64,000 nucleotides of DNA from Cyanophora paradoxa CCMP329 (taxonomy: Eukaryota > Plantae > Glaucophyta). The position numbers were made by a program, and so were the translations under genes. The stretch covers positions 248,001 through 312,000 of the forward strand of contig QPMI01000133.1 of assembly GCA_004431415.1 (NCBI GenBank), in the 5' to 3' direction. Positions within the stretch are counted from its first letter, which is position 1. Each line of letters opens with the position of its first letter. This document shows, piece after piece, positions 46,201-57,528 of the stretch. The notes beneath the pieces were generated by a model that saw only the letters and a list, made by a program, of their open reading frames with translations, did not search any database and was not told the origin of the DNA.

Positions 46201-49200
46201 GCTCGTGCAGCTGGCCGCGGCGCCGGAGATCGCAGCGCCCCGTCCGAGCCAAAGGTCACCGTCAGGGTCGCGGAGTCGTGGGTGACGCTGCTGGCGGCGA
46301 CGGTCGGGGCCGCCGGGGCGGTGGATGTGGTCGTAAAGCTTGCGGCGGCGGAGGAGCCCGAGGTGCCGGCGCTGTTCGTGACGTTCGCGCTGCAGCTGTA
46401 CTCCGTGCTGGCCGAGAGGCCCGCGAGGTCGAAGGTCGCCGTCGTGGCGCCCGCCGAGACGGTTGCGGAGCCCGACCACGCCACGGCGCTGCCACTCGTG
46501 CAGCTGGCCGCGGCGCCGGAGATCGCAGCGCCCCCGTCCGAGCCGAAGGTCACCGTCAGGGTCGCGGAGTCGTGGGTGACGCTGCTGGCGGCGACGGTTG
46601 GGGCCGCTGGGGCGGTGGCGACGACGGGGGCGGCAGCGGTCGTGAAGCTTGCGGCGGCGGAGGAGCCCGAGGTGCCGGCGCTGTTCGTGACGTTCGCGCT
46701 GCAGCTGTACTCCGTGCTGGCCGAGAGGCCCGCGACGTCGAAGGTCGCCGTCGTGGCGCCCGCCGAGACGGTTGCGGAGCCCGACCACGCGACAGCGCCG
46801 CCGCTCGTGCAGCTGGCCGCGGCGCCGGAGATCGCAGCGCCCCCGTCCGAGCCGAAGGTCACCGTCAGGGTCGCGGAGTCGTGGGTGACGCTGCTGGCGG
46901 CGAAGGTCGGGGCCGCCGGGGCGGTGGCGACGGCGGGGGCGGCGGCGGTGGTGAAGCTTGCGGCGGCCGAGGAGCTTGAGGTGCCCGCGTTATTATGAAC
47001 CAGTGCAAAACATGAGATAGAGGTTTCAGCGGGCACGTTCGTGACTTGGAATGTTGCAGGGCTTGTTACGGCTGTCGGATCGATATCATTACTTCTAAGT
47101 TCGTACCAAAGCATTTCTTCAGTTTCGGTTTTTATGCAGTATGCATATACCATGTTGATGGCATCTCCACTGCCAGCTAGGGTATCAAATCGGACGGAAA
47201 GCGTTGCAGATTGATGTGTGATCGTGGACACGGCGACAGTTGGGGGAGAAGGGGGTGGCGCCAAAGTCGTGAACACCACTGTTTCGGATTCGAGAGAGGT
47301 TCCCACACAGTTGGTCACGGTTGACGTACAGGTATAGGTGGTGTTCGCGGTTAGCTTGAAGCTGAAGCTGAAGAATGCGTATTCCGAGCCGTAAGCGATG
47401 GTTCGTGAATCTGACCAAACAGAATCGCCGCCATCCGTGCAGCGGGCCAACGCGCTGTTAATAGGCGCGCCACCGTCCGAGGCAAAAGAAAAGGTAAGGC
47501 TTGCAGAGTCGTGGGTTACGTCACTGGTGCTGAAACCAATTGGAGGCGCCGGAACAGTGGCGTCGATGGCCGCTGTGTTGAAGGTTGCATCGGCAGAATC
47601 AGGAGAGGTCCCGGCGCTGTTGGACACTCGCGCTCTGCATGTATACACTGTGCCCGCAGTGAGTCCCTGAAATCCGAAGGTTTCCGACGGTGCAGAGTCG
47701 ATTACAGGTTTTGAATCCGACCATACTTCAACGTCACTTCCAGCTGCAAAGCAGCTGGCCGTGGCGTTGGCAATGGCAGCGCCTTCGTTTGAGCCGATCG
47801 CAAAATATACGGTGAGGGTGGCAGAGCTGAACGCGACGTTGTTGATCTCAAGGGAGGGAGCGGCAATGGCGAACGTTTGCAAGTTTAATACTTCAGATTC
47901 GACGGACGTGCCGATTCCATTGGTGACCGTCGCCGTGCACATGTAGGCCGTGCTTGCCATGAGATCCGTGACGACAAAGGTCGCCGTCGTGGCGCCCGCC
48001 GAGACGGTTGCAGAGCCCGACCACGCAACGGCACCGCCGCTCGTGCAGCTGGCCGCGGCGCCGGAGATCGCAGCGCCCCCGTCCGAGCCGAAGGTCACCG
48101 TCAGGGTCGCGGAGTCGTGGGTGACGCTGCTGGCGGCGACGGTCGGGGCCGCCGGGGCGGTGGCGACGACGGGGGCGGCGGCGGTCGTGAAGCTTGCGGC
48201 GGCGGAGGAGCCCGAGGTGCCGGCGCTGTTCGTGACGTTTGCGCTGCAGCTGTACTCCGTGCTGGCCGAGAGGCCCGTGAGGTTGAAGGTCGCCGTCGTG
48301 GCGCCCGCCGAGACGGTTGCGGAGCCCGACCACGCGACGGCGCCGCCACTTGTGCAGCTGGCCGCGGCGCCGGAGATCGCAGCGCCCCCGTCCGAGCCGA
48401 AGGTCACCGTCAGGGTCGCGGAGTCGTGGGTGACGCTGCTGGCGGCGACGGTCGACGTCGGGGCCGCCGGGGCCGTGGCATCATTAGTGGCGAGCGTCGT
48501 GAAGCTTGTTGCAGCGGATTCGGGCGAGATGCCAGCGCTGTTTGCAACAGTTGCCGTGCAGCTATACTCCGTGCTTGCAGCCAGATCCGTGAGGTCGAAG
48601 GTCGCCGTCGTGGCGCCCACCGAGACGGTTGTTGAGCCCGACCACGTGATGGTGCCGCCACTCGTGCAGCTGGCCGCGGCGCCGGAGATCGCAGCGCCCC
48701 CGTTTGAGCCAAATGAAACGACCATGGTTGCAGAATAGATCAAAATATCAGTAGCAGTAACCACTGGGGGTGCTGGTACAGAGACAATCTCTGGGAGGAC
48801 GCATTGTGTCCCAGACACAACGTTCGGGCTGTTGCACGAGCACTGCGGGATGCCACCGTCGAGGTACGTGTCTCCAGCGGTGCAGTTGGAGTACAAGCAG
48901 TATATGCCCATCCCAGCCCTTACAGTGGAGTGGCTCAAGGCAGCAGTGCAGATGCAGAAGGAAACCAGACCTTTGTCCGCGCATTCAGGTACAGCGGTGC
49001 AGGTGTTGCCAGAAATAAAGTTTTTGCCCGCGCACAAACACTGGGGAACGCCGTCGACAAGGTACGTAGCTCCAGTGTCGCACATGGAGTAGACGCAGTA
49101 ATCGCTGCCGCCAGCAATCACAGTGTAATGGCCTGAGGCTGCGCTGCACCTGCAATCCGAGACCAGGCTTGTGTTTGCACATTCGACGGAGGCAGCACAG

Positions 49201-52200
49201 ATGACGCCCGAGAAGCCGACGTCGACCACATTTGGGCTGCTGCACGCGCACTGGGGGACGCCACCAGCGATGTAGGTGGCACCAGCAGCACATTTGGAGA
49301 AGACGCAGTACTCTTTGTCGCTAAACGTTTCGGTAAAGGCGGGGCATCGACAGCCCGAGACGAGGCTCTTGTCCATACAGTGAGGAAGGGGGGCGGCGCA
49401 GGTGTCGCCTGAAACAATGTTTGGAGTCTCGCACGAGCACTGGGGAATGCCGTCAACGAGGTAGGTGGCTCCAGTAGTGCATTCTGAGTAGACACAAAAT
49501 TGGTCGATGCCAACAGTCACGTTGCTATGGCCAGAGCTGGAAGAGCACAGGCAGCTTGAAATTGGGCTCCTATCCCCACACTCAGGGAGGGAGCAGATGG
49601 TGCCTGAGACAACGTTGGGGTCATTGCACGAGCACTGCGGGACACCGTCGACGAGGTAGGTCGCGCCAGCAGTGCATTCGGAGTAGACGCAGTACTGACT
49701 GCTGCCAGCGATCACGGATAGATGGCCTGAAGCGGCAGTGCAAGCGCAGCCCGCAATCTCGCTCTTGTCAGAACACTCGAGGAGACAGCTGGTGCCCGAT
49801 ACTGTGTTGGGGCTGCTGCACGAGCACTGTGGGACACCGTCGACGAGGTAGGTCGCGCCAGCAGTGCATTCGGAGTAGACGCAGTACTGAGTACCACCGG
49901 CCGTCACGGAAAGATGACCGGAAGCGGCAGTGCAAGCACAGCCCGCGATCTCGCTCTTGTCAGAACACTCGGGGAGACAGCTGGTGCCCGATACTGTGTT
50001 GGGGCTGCTGCACGAGCACTGTGGGACACCGTCGACGAGGTAGGTCGCGCCAGCAGTGCATTCGGAGTAGACGCAGTATTGACTGCTGCCAGCGATCACA
50101 GTGACGTGGCCTGAGGAGGAAGAGCAAAAACAGCTGGAAATCAGGCTTGCGTCCGCACACTCCGGAGCGCATGTAGTGCCCGAAACGAAGTTGGGGCTGC
50201 TGCACAAGCACTGCGGGATGCCTCCCGCAATAAATGTGGCCCCGGCGGCGCAGCTGGAGTACACGCAGTAATTCTGGCCGTCATCTGTAGTGACAATGGC
50301 GTGGCCCGGTGCAGCACAGGTGCAGCTCGAGACCAGGCTCTTGTCCGAGCACTCGATCGACAGGCTATGGACGGTGACATGATCAGCTAATTAAAGGTGG
50401 ATCGATATCTGTCTCAAAATAGTGCTCACCTGTGCGCGACGATGACGCTATGATGCCAGGCGGCATAGAAAGCTGGAGCAGAAGGGAGACTCCCGTCCGC
50501 CGAAAGGAAAGCAGTCAGCCCGGCGCCAGGTGTGACATAGGTGAAGCTCGGGCCCTGATCAGTTACAACAGCGCCAGCTCTGCGCGATATTATCAGAAAC
50601 CACACTCATGGTAAAAGCTTTCGACCAAATGCAAATGTAGACGTGCGTACCCGTCCCCAGCAACAACACCGTCGATCCTCTCGTTCGTTTGCTCTGTGCC
50701 GGTGGCGTCGAAGAAGCGGATGGCCCCCTTAGTTCCGCTGCTCGCGTCGTTCACAGCCAGGCGCCAGAGGCCGCCTCTGCGTGAGAAAGTGCGACTTAGC
50801 GATCGAATGCTAGAGCTCGCGGTCGTGGCCGCGCGAAGGCCAGCCGGCAAGCAAACGGTATGCACTTAGTTGACAGGACGGCAATTGCAGGCCCGACTTG
50901 ATTAGTATTAGAAAGGCTCTCTAGTCCGACGAGTCCGGGGTCAATTAATATTGTTGTCCCAGCCGCGCCAAAAGCGGTGGCAGATCCTGTATCCAAGCTG
51001 ATCTGCGCGGAAGAATCACTGTGCTGGCCAAGCTTAAGGGGCCTCGATCGCGAGCCGGAATATGCACACCTTCCACAGCTTGCTGTTCGCGACCATGTAA
51101 ACAGTTCTGGCACTTGGATCGGCAGCGAGCGAATCCCCTTTTGTATTGGCGAGAATCGCTGGAAGATCGAAGAGCTTCACGGCGGTTCTGCAGCCGCCGG
51201 GAGCCATACCAAAAAGGGTGAGCGTCCCTGCAAGAGGCGGGGTTTCAGGCATTGAGCACAAAGTTGACAGTTGCAGCGTTTTCATTCTATAGCTATAGCT
51301 ATCAAATGGAAGTTGCGCGCTGACCGCCGGAGTTGGCAGTCCCCCAGACGACCAGGTTCTTGGACTTCGAGTAGGTTATCGCCACTGGCACGTACGGCCC
51401 TGCAGGCGGAGCGGGAATCCCGTCAGATCTAGAGCGACGATGTCGATGCGGGCCTCGCCGAATCGCTGAAATTAATGTATCATTTCAAACCACGCGCCTC
51501 CCGGCTGGGCAAAGCTGTCGGAAGAAGGGTCGTCTCCGCTCCAGCACACAGTGACCTCGCCGACGTGGCCCGCCGCGAGGTTGATCCAGCCCAGATATCC
51601 AAGAACGTTGGTGTCGGATAAGTGCACGAAGTACAGATCGTTCGCAGATGCGGCGGCGAGCCCGACAAGATACCTGCGAAAGACGTTGACCCGAATCGAT
51701 ATTCCAATTTAACATTATGTGATTGAGATGGAGCTTCAGCGTGTGCGAAGCTGTTTTTGGACTTACCCAAATCTGGTATCTAACCCTCTTTGCGCAGCCG
51801 TCCTGGAGCTTAATCCGTTCGTGCCGGACGTCACTTGGGTTCCTGTTCGGACACAAAAGGGTAAATAAAATGGGCTGCTTGAGAGATGCGAACACCAAAG
51901 GATTCGCGCCTGAGAAGCTTCCAGCAATTATTTTAGCCTCGCGGTTCCCGTTTACTTGCCAAATCAAAGAACACGGGACAAGCTTGTGGCCAGTAGATAT
52001 TAGGTTGTAGCCGTTTTCGTCAAATTCGTCTTCATTGATGTATGTGTAAACTGTGTAGACACCGCCGAGCGATGCTACGTATAGATCGCTGGAAAACAGG
52101 TTGTACTCGATTGCTGCGTGAATGCACCCGTGTTACGCGCACAGCCCGTGCCTCTATAGCTAAATCTGGATATTAGCAGAACGCACTGCTAATTGCTGAT

Positions 52201-55200
52201 TGATTAAAAGGGCTCAATTGGTAGCCGAAGTTCACAGCATTCCCAACACCTGCACATATGATTAAGTAAGGCTTCAAATTCTGATCATGCAAATGGCTGC
52301 AAACCCTGAGAGAAATCCGGAGCATATTTATCTCCTGCAATGAACGAAAAGCCGCCGCGGGGCAAACCAGATGGATCGCCGGGAGCAGGGGCGGCACAAA
52401 CGCCCAAGGGGTACAGAACCGTGTTCGGGCTGCTGCAAGAGCACTGTGGTACGCCGCCGACGAGGTAGGTGGCGCCAGCAGTGCATTCGTAGTAGACGCA
52501 GTACTGGCTGCTGCCGGCCGTCACGGTGACGTGGCCGGAGGAGGAAGAGCAAAAGCAGCTGGAAATCAGGCTTGCGTCCGCACACTCCGGAGCGCATGTA
52601 GTGCCCGAAACGAAGTTGGGGCTGCTGCACAAGCACTGCGGGACACCGTCGACGAGATACGAGGCGCCAGCAGTGCATTCGGAGTAGACGCAGTACTGGC
52701 TGCTGCCAGCGATCACGGATAGATGACCGGAAGCGGCAGTGCAAGCACAGCCCGCGATCTCGCTCTTGTCGGAACACTCGGAGAGACAGCTGGTGCCCGA
52801 CACTGTGTTGGGGGTGCTGCACAAGCACTGCGGGACACCGTCGACGAGGTAGGATCCGGAGGCGCCAGCAGTGCATTCGGAGTAGACGCAGTATTGACTG
52901 CTGCCAGCGATCACAGTGACGTGGCCTGAAGCGGCACTGCAGACACAGCCCGCGATCTCGCTCTTATCGGAACACTCCGGAGCGCATATAGTGCCCAAAA
53001 TGAAGTTGGGGCTGCTGCACAAACACTGCGGGATGCCTCCCGCAATAAATGTGGCCCCGGCAGCGCAGCTGGAGTACACACAGTACTTCTGGCCGTCATC
53101 AGTCGTGACAATGGCGTGCCCGGGTGCAGCGCAGGTGCAGCCCGAGACCAGGCTCTTGTCCGAGCACTCGATCGATAGGCTACGTATACGGTCGATGTCA
53201 TGATCAGCCAATATTCATAAGATGTGGTTCGGCTTTTAAAATAGTGCTCACCTGTGCGCGACGATGACGCTATGATGCCAGGCGGCATAGAAAGCTGGAG
53301 CAGAAGGGAGACTCCCGTCCGCCGAAAGGAAAGCAGTCAGCCCGGAGACAGGAGACATATAGGTGTAGCTCGGGCCCTGATCAGTTACAACAGCGCCAGC
53401 TCTGCGCAATCGGTATCATCAGAAACCACACTTTCGGTAAAAGCTTACGACCAAATGCAAATGCAGGCGCGCGTACCCGTCTCCGGCAACAACACTGTCG
53501 ATCCTCTCGTTCGTTTGCTCTGTGCCGGTGGCGTTGAAGAAGCGGATGGCCCCCCCAGTTCCGGTGCTCGCGTCGTTCACCGCCAGGCGCCAGAGGCCGT
53601 CTCTGCGAGAGAAAGATGATTATAGAGGCTCGAGTCTGTGCAAAGAGGCCAGCATGCAAGCAAACAATACGCACGCTGTTGACAGGACTGCAAGCCCCCA
53701 AAGTGAAATGGAATCTGGAATGTACGCAGAGTCGATATCTCTAATGACGGGGTTGATGGTTGCGCCCGCCGCGAAATTGGAGTAACTTCCATCATCCAGG
53801 CTGATCTGCGCGGACCGGACGTCTCATCTATTTGAATGCATGCGCAACAAGAAGCAAATCACACGACAGTCGCATATACGCACGTACCTTCCACAGTTGG
53901 CCTTTCGTCAACAGGTACACCCAACTTGAACTTGGATCGGCAGCAAGCGAATCCCCCCATGTATCCAAAGCAATCGCCGGAACATCGAAGAGCTCCACGG
54001 TGGTTCCGCAGCCGCCGGGAGCCATACCGAAAAGAGTGAGCGTCCCTGCAAGGCGGCGGTTCAGGCACCGAATCGCGGGCATGTAATCATGACGACGCGC
54101 CCGATGCCTGAGAAGAGCCACTGCCTTTAGCAGCTGCCCAGACAACCAGGTTCTTGGGCATAGAGTAGGTTATTGCCACAGGCGCGTACGGCCCTGCAGG
54201 CGTAACGTGAGGATCGGCAGCTGCAGGGCGACGATGCGGGCCACGTGCGCGAAGTGCTGAAAATGTAACTTCAAACCGCGCACCTAGCGGCTCGGCAAAA
54301 CTGTCGACAGAAGGATGATCTCCACTCCAGCACACAGTGACCTCGCCGACGTGGCCCGCCGCGAGGTTGATCCAGCCCACGTACTGGCGCAGACCAGTGC
54401 CGGGAAGATGATTGTGAGCGAAGTACAGATCATTCACAGATGCAGCCGCGAGCCCAACAAGATAGCTAGGACGTTCAAGACTCATGATCAGGAATGACCG
54501 TACTTGCGAACAAGCGCAACAAGAATGCACTGCAGAAAGAAACGCTCACTCAAACTGTGTGTTGAGCCCTAGTTGTGCAACTGTCCGGGGATTTGGACGC
54601 GTGATTCGTTCCCCCCCGGATTGCAAATTTATACCTGATCATGAGAATGCCAATCATCAGCGCGCTGCGCATGTCGCCCAGTTGACTGCACGAGGAAACG
54701 TACCAGCGGTGCCTCCTATACCAGCGATGATTCTTGCTTCGCGGCTACTGTTCACTTGCCAAATAAAGCAGGGGCGAATGCCTTCATAGGTGGCAACCAC
54801 ATATAGATTGCTGTTGAAGGGATTGTACTCCATTGCTGCGCGTGCGCGTGCGTATATATATGCTGGATGGCACACCATTGCAATGTGAAACGTGCGCAAC
54901 AGGTTCCGCACTCACTTTTGATGGGTCTTACAATATTATTGTAGCTTGCAGGATATGGCGCGGTGCGACCGAAGTTTGCGTCCCTTCCGACCCCTGCACC
55001 GCTGTTGGATCGATGCACATGCACATGCGGGCATGCTGCAATAATTACATACCCTGAGCTGAATACGCCGCGTATTGATTTCCTGCAACGTAAGCGAAGC
55101 TCCCGCGCGAGAGGTCTGCGGGGTGTCCTGGCGCAGGAGCCGCGCAGACAGTGCCCTGAACCGTGTAAGGATCGCTGCACGCGCACTGGGGCACGCCGCC

Positions 55201-57528
55201 GACGAGGTAGGTGGCTAAGCCGGTGCAGCTGGAGTACACGCAGTACTGGCTGCTGCCGACGGACACAGTGACGTGGCCATGGCCTGAGGCAGTGCAGAAG
55301 CAGCCGGAAATCAAGCTCTTATCTGGACACTCTTCGCGCATTCTGCTGTCGGCATGAGCAAAGAGCAAGCGGAAATGCCAGCGAGCTCTGATTTCACCTT
55401 TGTGCGACGATGACGCTGTGATGCCAGGCTGCGTAGAAGGCTGGAACGGAAGGAAGACTCTCGTCGGCCGCGGCCAGGAGGAAAGGCGAAATGCCACCGG
55501 CAGGAAAAGAATAGGTGAGACTTCGGCCCTTCCACGTTGGAACAGCACTAGCTCTGCTTGACTACAATGATCAGACGCCACGCACAGTGAAATCGTGTGA
55601 CCAAGTTAAGCGTGCGCACCCGTCTCCGGCAACGTTAACAAGATCGTCGATCCTCTCGTTCGTTTGCTCTGTGCCGGTGGCGTCGAAGAAGCGGATGGCC
55701 CCTCCTGTTCCGCTGCTCGCGTCGTTCACCGCCAGGCGCCAGAGGCCGCCTCTGCGAGAGGAAGTGCGAATCAGATATCTGGAGCTCTATAGAGCCCGCG
55801 CACCGAGGCCGTGCAGGCCGTGAGGCTAGCCGGCAAGCTAAAGCAATCGGTGCGCACCCAGTTGACAGGACAGCGAGCCCAGGACGGTGTCCCGACATCT
55901 GCTGGTCAAGGGTAATGGTCGTGCCCGCCGCGAAATTGGAGTAACTTCCATCATCCAGGCTGATCTGCTCGGAGGTCTCAACTATTTGATTGCATGCGCA
56001 ACTAGAGGCCGGTCGTATAAATCTACGTACCCTCCACAATTTGCTATTAGTCAACAGGTACACCCAGCTCGAACTTGGATCAGCCGCAAGCGAATCCCCA
56101 TATAGATTCACAACTATTGCCGGAACATCGAAGAGCTTCACGGCGGTTCCGCAGCCGCCGGGAGCCATACCAAAAAGGGTGAGCGTCCCTGCAAGCCGGC
56201 GGTTCAGGCGCCGAATTCGAGTCGTGAGCGTATCATTGTGGGCGACGCGCCCAATATCACATCAGTGCTGCTGCCTTTTGCAGTTCCCCAGACGACCAGG
56301 TTCTTGGACTTCGAGTAGGTTATCGCCACTGGCACGTACGGCCCTGCAGGCGGAGCGGGCCGGGAGGCACGCGCACGTGAGATCGATGCAGACCGCGCCA
56401 AATTGCTGTTGATATTGTAATTTAAAACCGCGCATGCGCGCCTCCCGGCTCGGCGAAGCTGTCGGAAGAAGGGTCGTCCCCACTCCAGCACACTGTGACC
56501 TCGCCGACGTGGCCCGCCGCGAGGTTGATCCAGCCCAGATATCCAAGAACGTTGGTGTCAACGTCGGACAATTGCAAGTGCACGAAGTACAGATCGTTCG
56601 CAGATGCGGCGGCGAGCCCGAGAAGATTCCTGTGCACGTGATACTATGATAAGTGCGGGTCAGAAGGCTAGGGCTAGCTATAGGATTCCCTTGGCAAGCG
56701 GAAACGTTTGCACTCGGGATCACCAGAAGTTCGTGTCGAGCCCAGGCTGTGCGACTGTTCTGGATCCGGAGCTAAATATGCTCGCGCCAGAGCTCAGGGA
56801 GCTCCCCCCTCCAGCAATCTTTCTGGCCACGCGGTTGCTGTTCACTTGCCACACGTAACCGACACGATCCCAATTATTCTCCCCCGACGCAACATAGATG
56901 TTGCTGTCGAATGGGTTGTATTCGATTGCTGCGCAACAACCCATTCAAGTTCGTGATCAAGTTCGGACTCGTGCACGTTGCAAGTGATCGAGCATCGATA
57001 TTGATATCGTGCAAGATTAGGACGTATACATATGCCATGATGCATATATGAATTACAGCGCGCACTGTGGATTGCAACATAGTTTCCTGTGAAGGGGTTC
57101 GCGACGGCGCCGAAGTTGGTTTCGTTCCCAACTCCTGCATGCGGTCATGCCGTTGCTGAGGCCGGACCGAAGCGCATATATACGCATATATGCGCGTGCG
57201 CATGCCCACGAACCCTCGGAGAAAGGCGCAGCAAACGGATTTCCTGCTATATAAGTGAAACCTCCAATGGGAAGGCCAGAATCTGGCCCAAAGACATCGA
57301 GCTGAGCAAAAGCTGCGCAAGTGTAAATGCTAAGCTTGAGGTACGTATACGTAGCAGCGACGGTTCATCGGTTGTATATTTGTCGATCGTCGTTAACTTC
57401 AAAAGCTGCCAACTGCAAGACGCACCGACGGCCGCGGAGAGCAGAGCGTGGACCACTACAGAGAAGCCGAGAAGGCGCGTTGTGCGAGTTCGGCGTTCCA
57501 TGCATGTGCGTCCAAGTGCGTGCGCCAT
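22288..57528 (-). CDS. Giant (~10,000 aa predicted) type I membrane protein: 3 head modules + 8-Cys repeats + ~58 FN3-like + filamin-like + REJ/GAIN-like + TM
   Basis: Hydrophobic N-terminus (M at 57528 or 57501: ..LLGFSVVVHALLSAAVGASC). A chain of minus-strand GT-AG exons includes one 18.6-kb exon at 31754-50364. Filamin-like DGTYAVSVTAFRAGYYEISVSIN / VRDAFGN at ~29070-30300. REJ-like VVLDATKSFDPD, LRYLWTV, LVLKKNVLRPGQSYTFALAVT, LSCSDWV..LQYAF at ~25600-27950. TM LDGGQIAGISVGVVGGVALVIFVMGYV at ~22465-22545; stop at 22288-22290. Not every junction was checked, so single-gene continuity is partly inferred. Confidence 0.75.
32340..46945 (-). repeat. Coding tandem array of 48 near-identical FN3-like units (309-bp long and 294-bp short variants)
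   Basis: Unit: APAAPTVAASSVTHDSATLTVTFGSDGGAAISGAAASCTSGGAVAWSGSATVSAGATTATFDLAGLSASTEYSCSANVTNSAGTSGSSAAASFTT(AAAPVVAT/TST). It carries FN3 hallmarks P..P, DGG..I, L...TEY, N..G.S. Counted by eye from the gtcgt(g/a)aagctt motif. Confidence 0.9.
46948..48770 (-). repeat. Six further FN3-like domains, partly diverged and partly identical to the array consensus
   Basis: Diverged units such as LTAGTVYTCRARVSNSAGTS, LTANTTYTCTSTVTNCVGTS and VPAETSISCFALVHNNAGTS lie next to consensus-type segments at ~47975-48460. Confidence 0.85.
48790..50364 (-). repeat. Eight tandem ~62-aa 8-Cys repeats
   Basis: Pattern C-x8-CxC-x16-C-x4-C-x13-CxC-x10-C, e.g. ECSDKSEIAGCACTAASGHLSVIAGSSQYCVYSECTAGATYLVDGVPQCSCSSPNTVSGTSC. 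Four more copies at ~52400-53175 and one at ~55140-55335. Confidence 0.9.
50428..56935 (-). repeat. Three tandem copies of a multi-exon beta-rich head module (~50428-52112, ~53250-54835, ~55398-56935)
   Basis: Recurrent exons in the same order with matching introns: A[IM]EYN.F.S.[IL]YV, WQVN..R.A..IAG, GLAAAS.NDLYF, GWINLAAGHVGEVTVCWSGD, GPY.PVAITYS..KNLVVW, GTLTLFGMAPGGC..V.LFD.PAI..GDSLAADPS, GLWRLAVNDAS.GT.GAIRFF.ATGTEQTNERID, FY..WHHSVIVAQ. Confidence 0.85.

Noticed and set aside
32750-46260. Many frameshifts in the FN3 array suggesting a pseudogene or programmed frameshifting
   Set aside because: Almost all are 1-nt deletions, largely in G/C runs, clustered in patches (e.g. 39640-43970, 45960-46250). 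This is the signature of unpolished long-read error in a repeat, and the flanking exons are intact.
32340-46945. CRISPR-like or satellite array
   Set aside because: There are no unique spacers; units are 309/294 bp, multiples of 3, and protein-coding.
32088-48738. Long antisense and alternative-frame ORFs (VVKLAAAEEPEVPAL.., RRRQQRHPRLRDPDG..)
   Set aside because: Shadows of a GC-rich tandem coding repeat; only the Ala/Ser/Thr-rich frame has FN3 motifs and continues into unique sequence.
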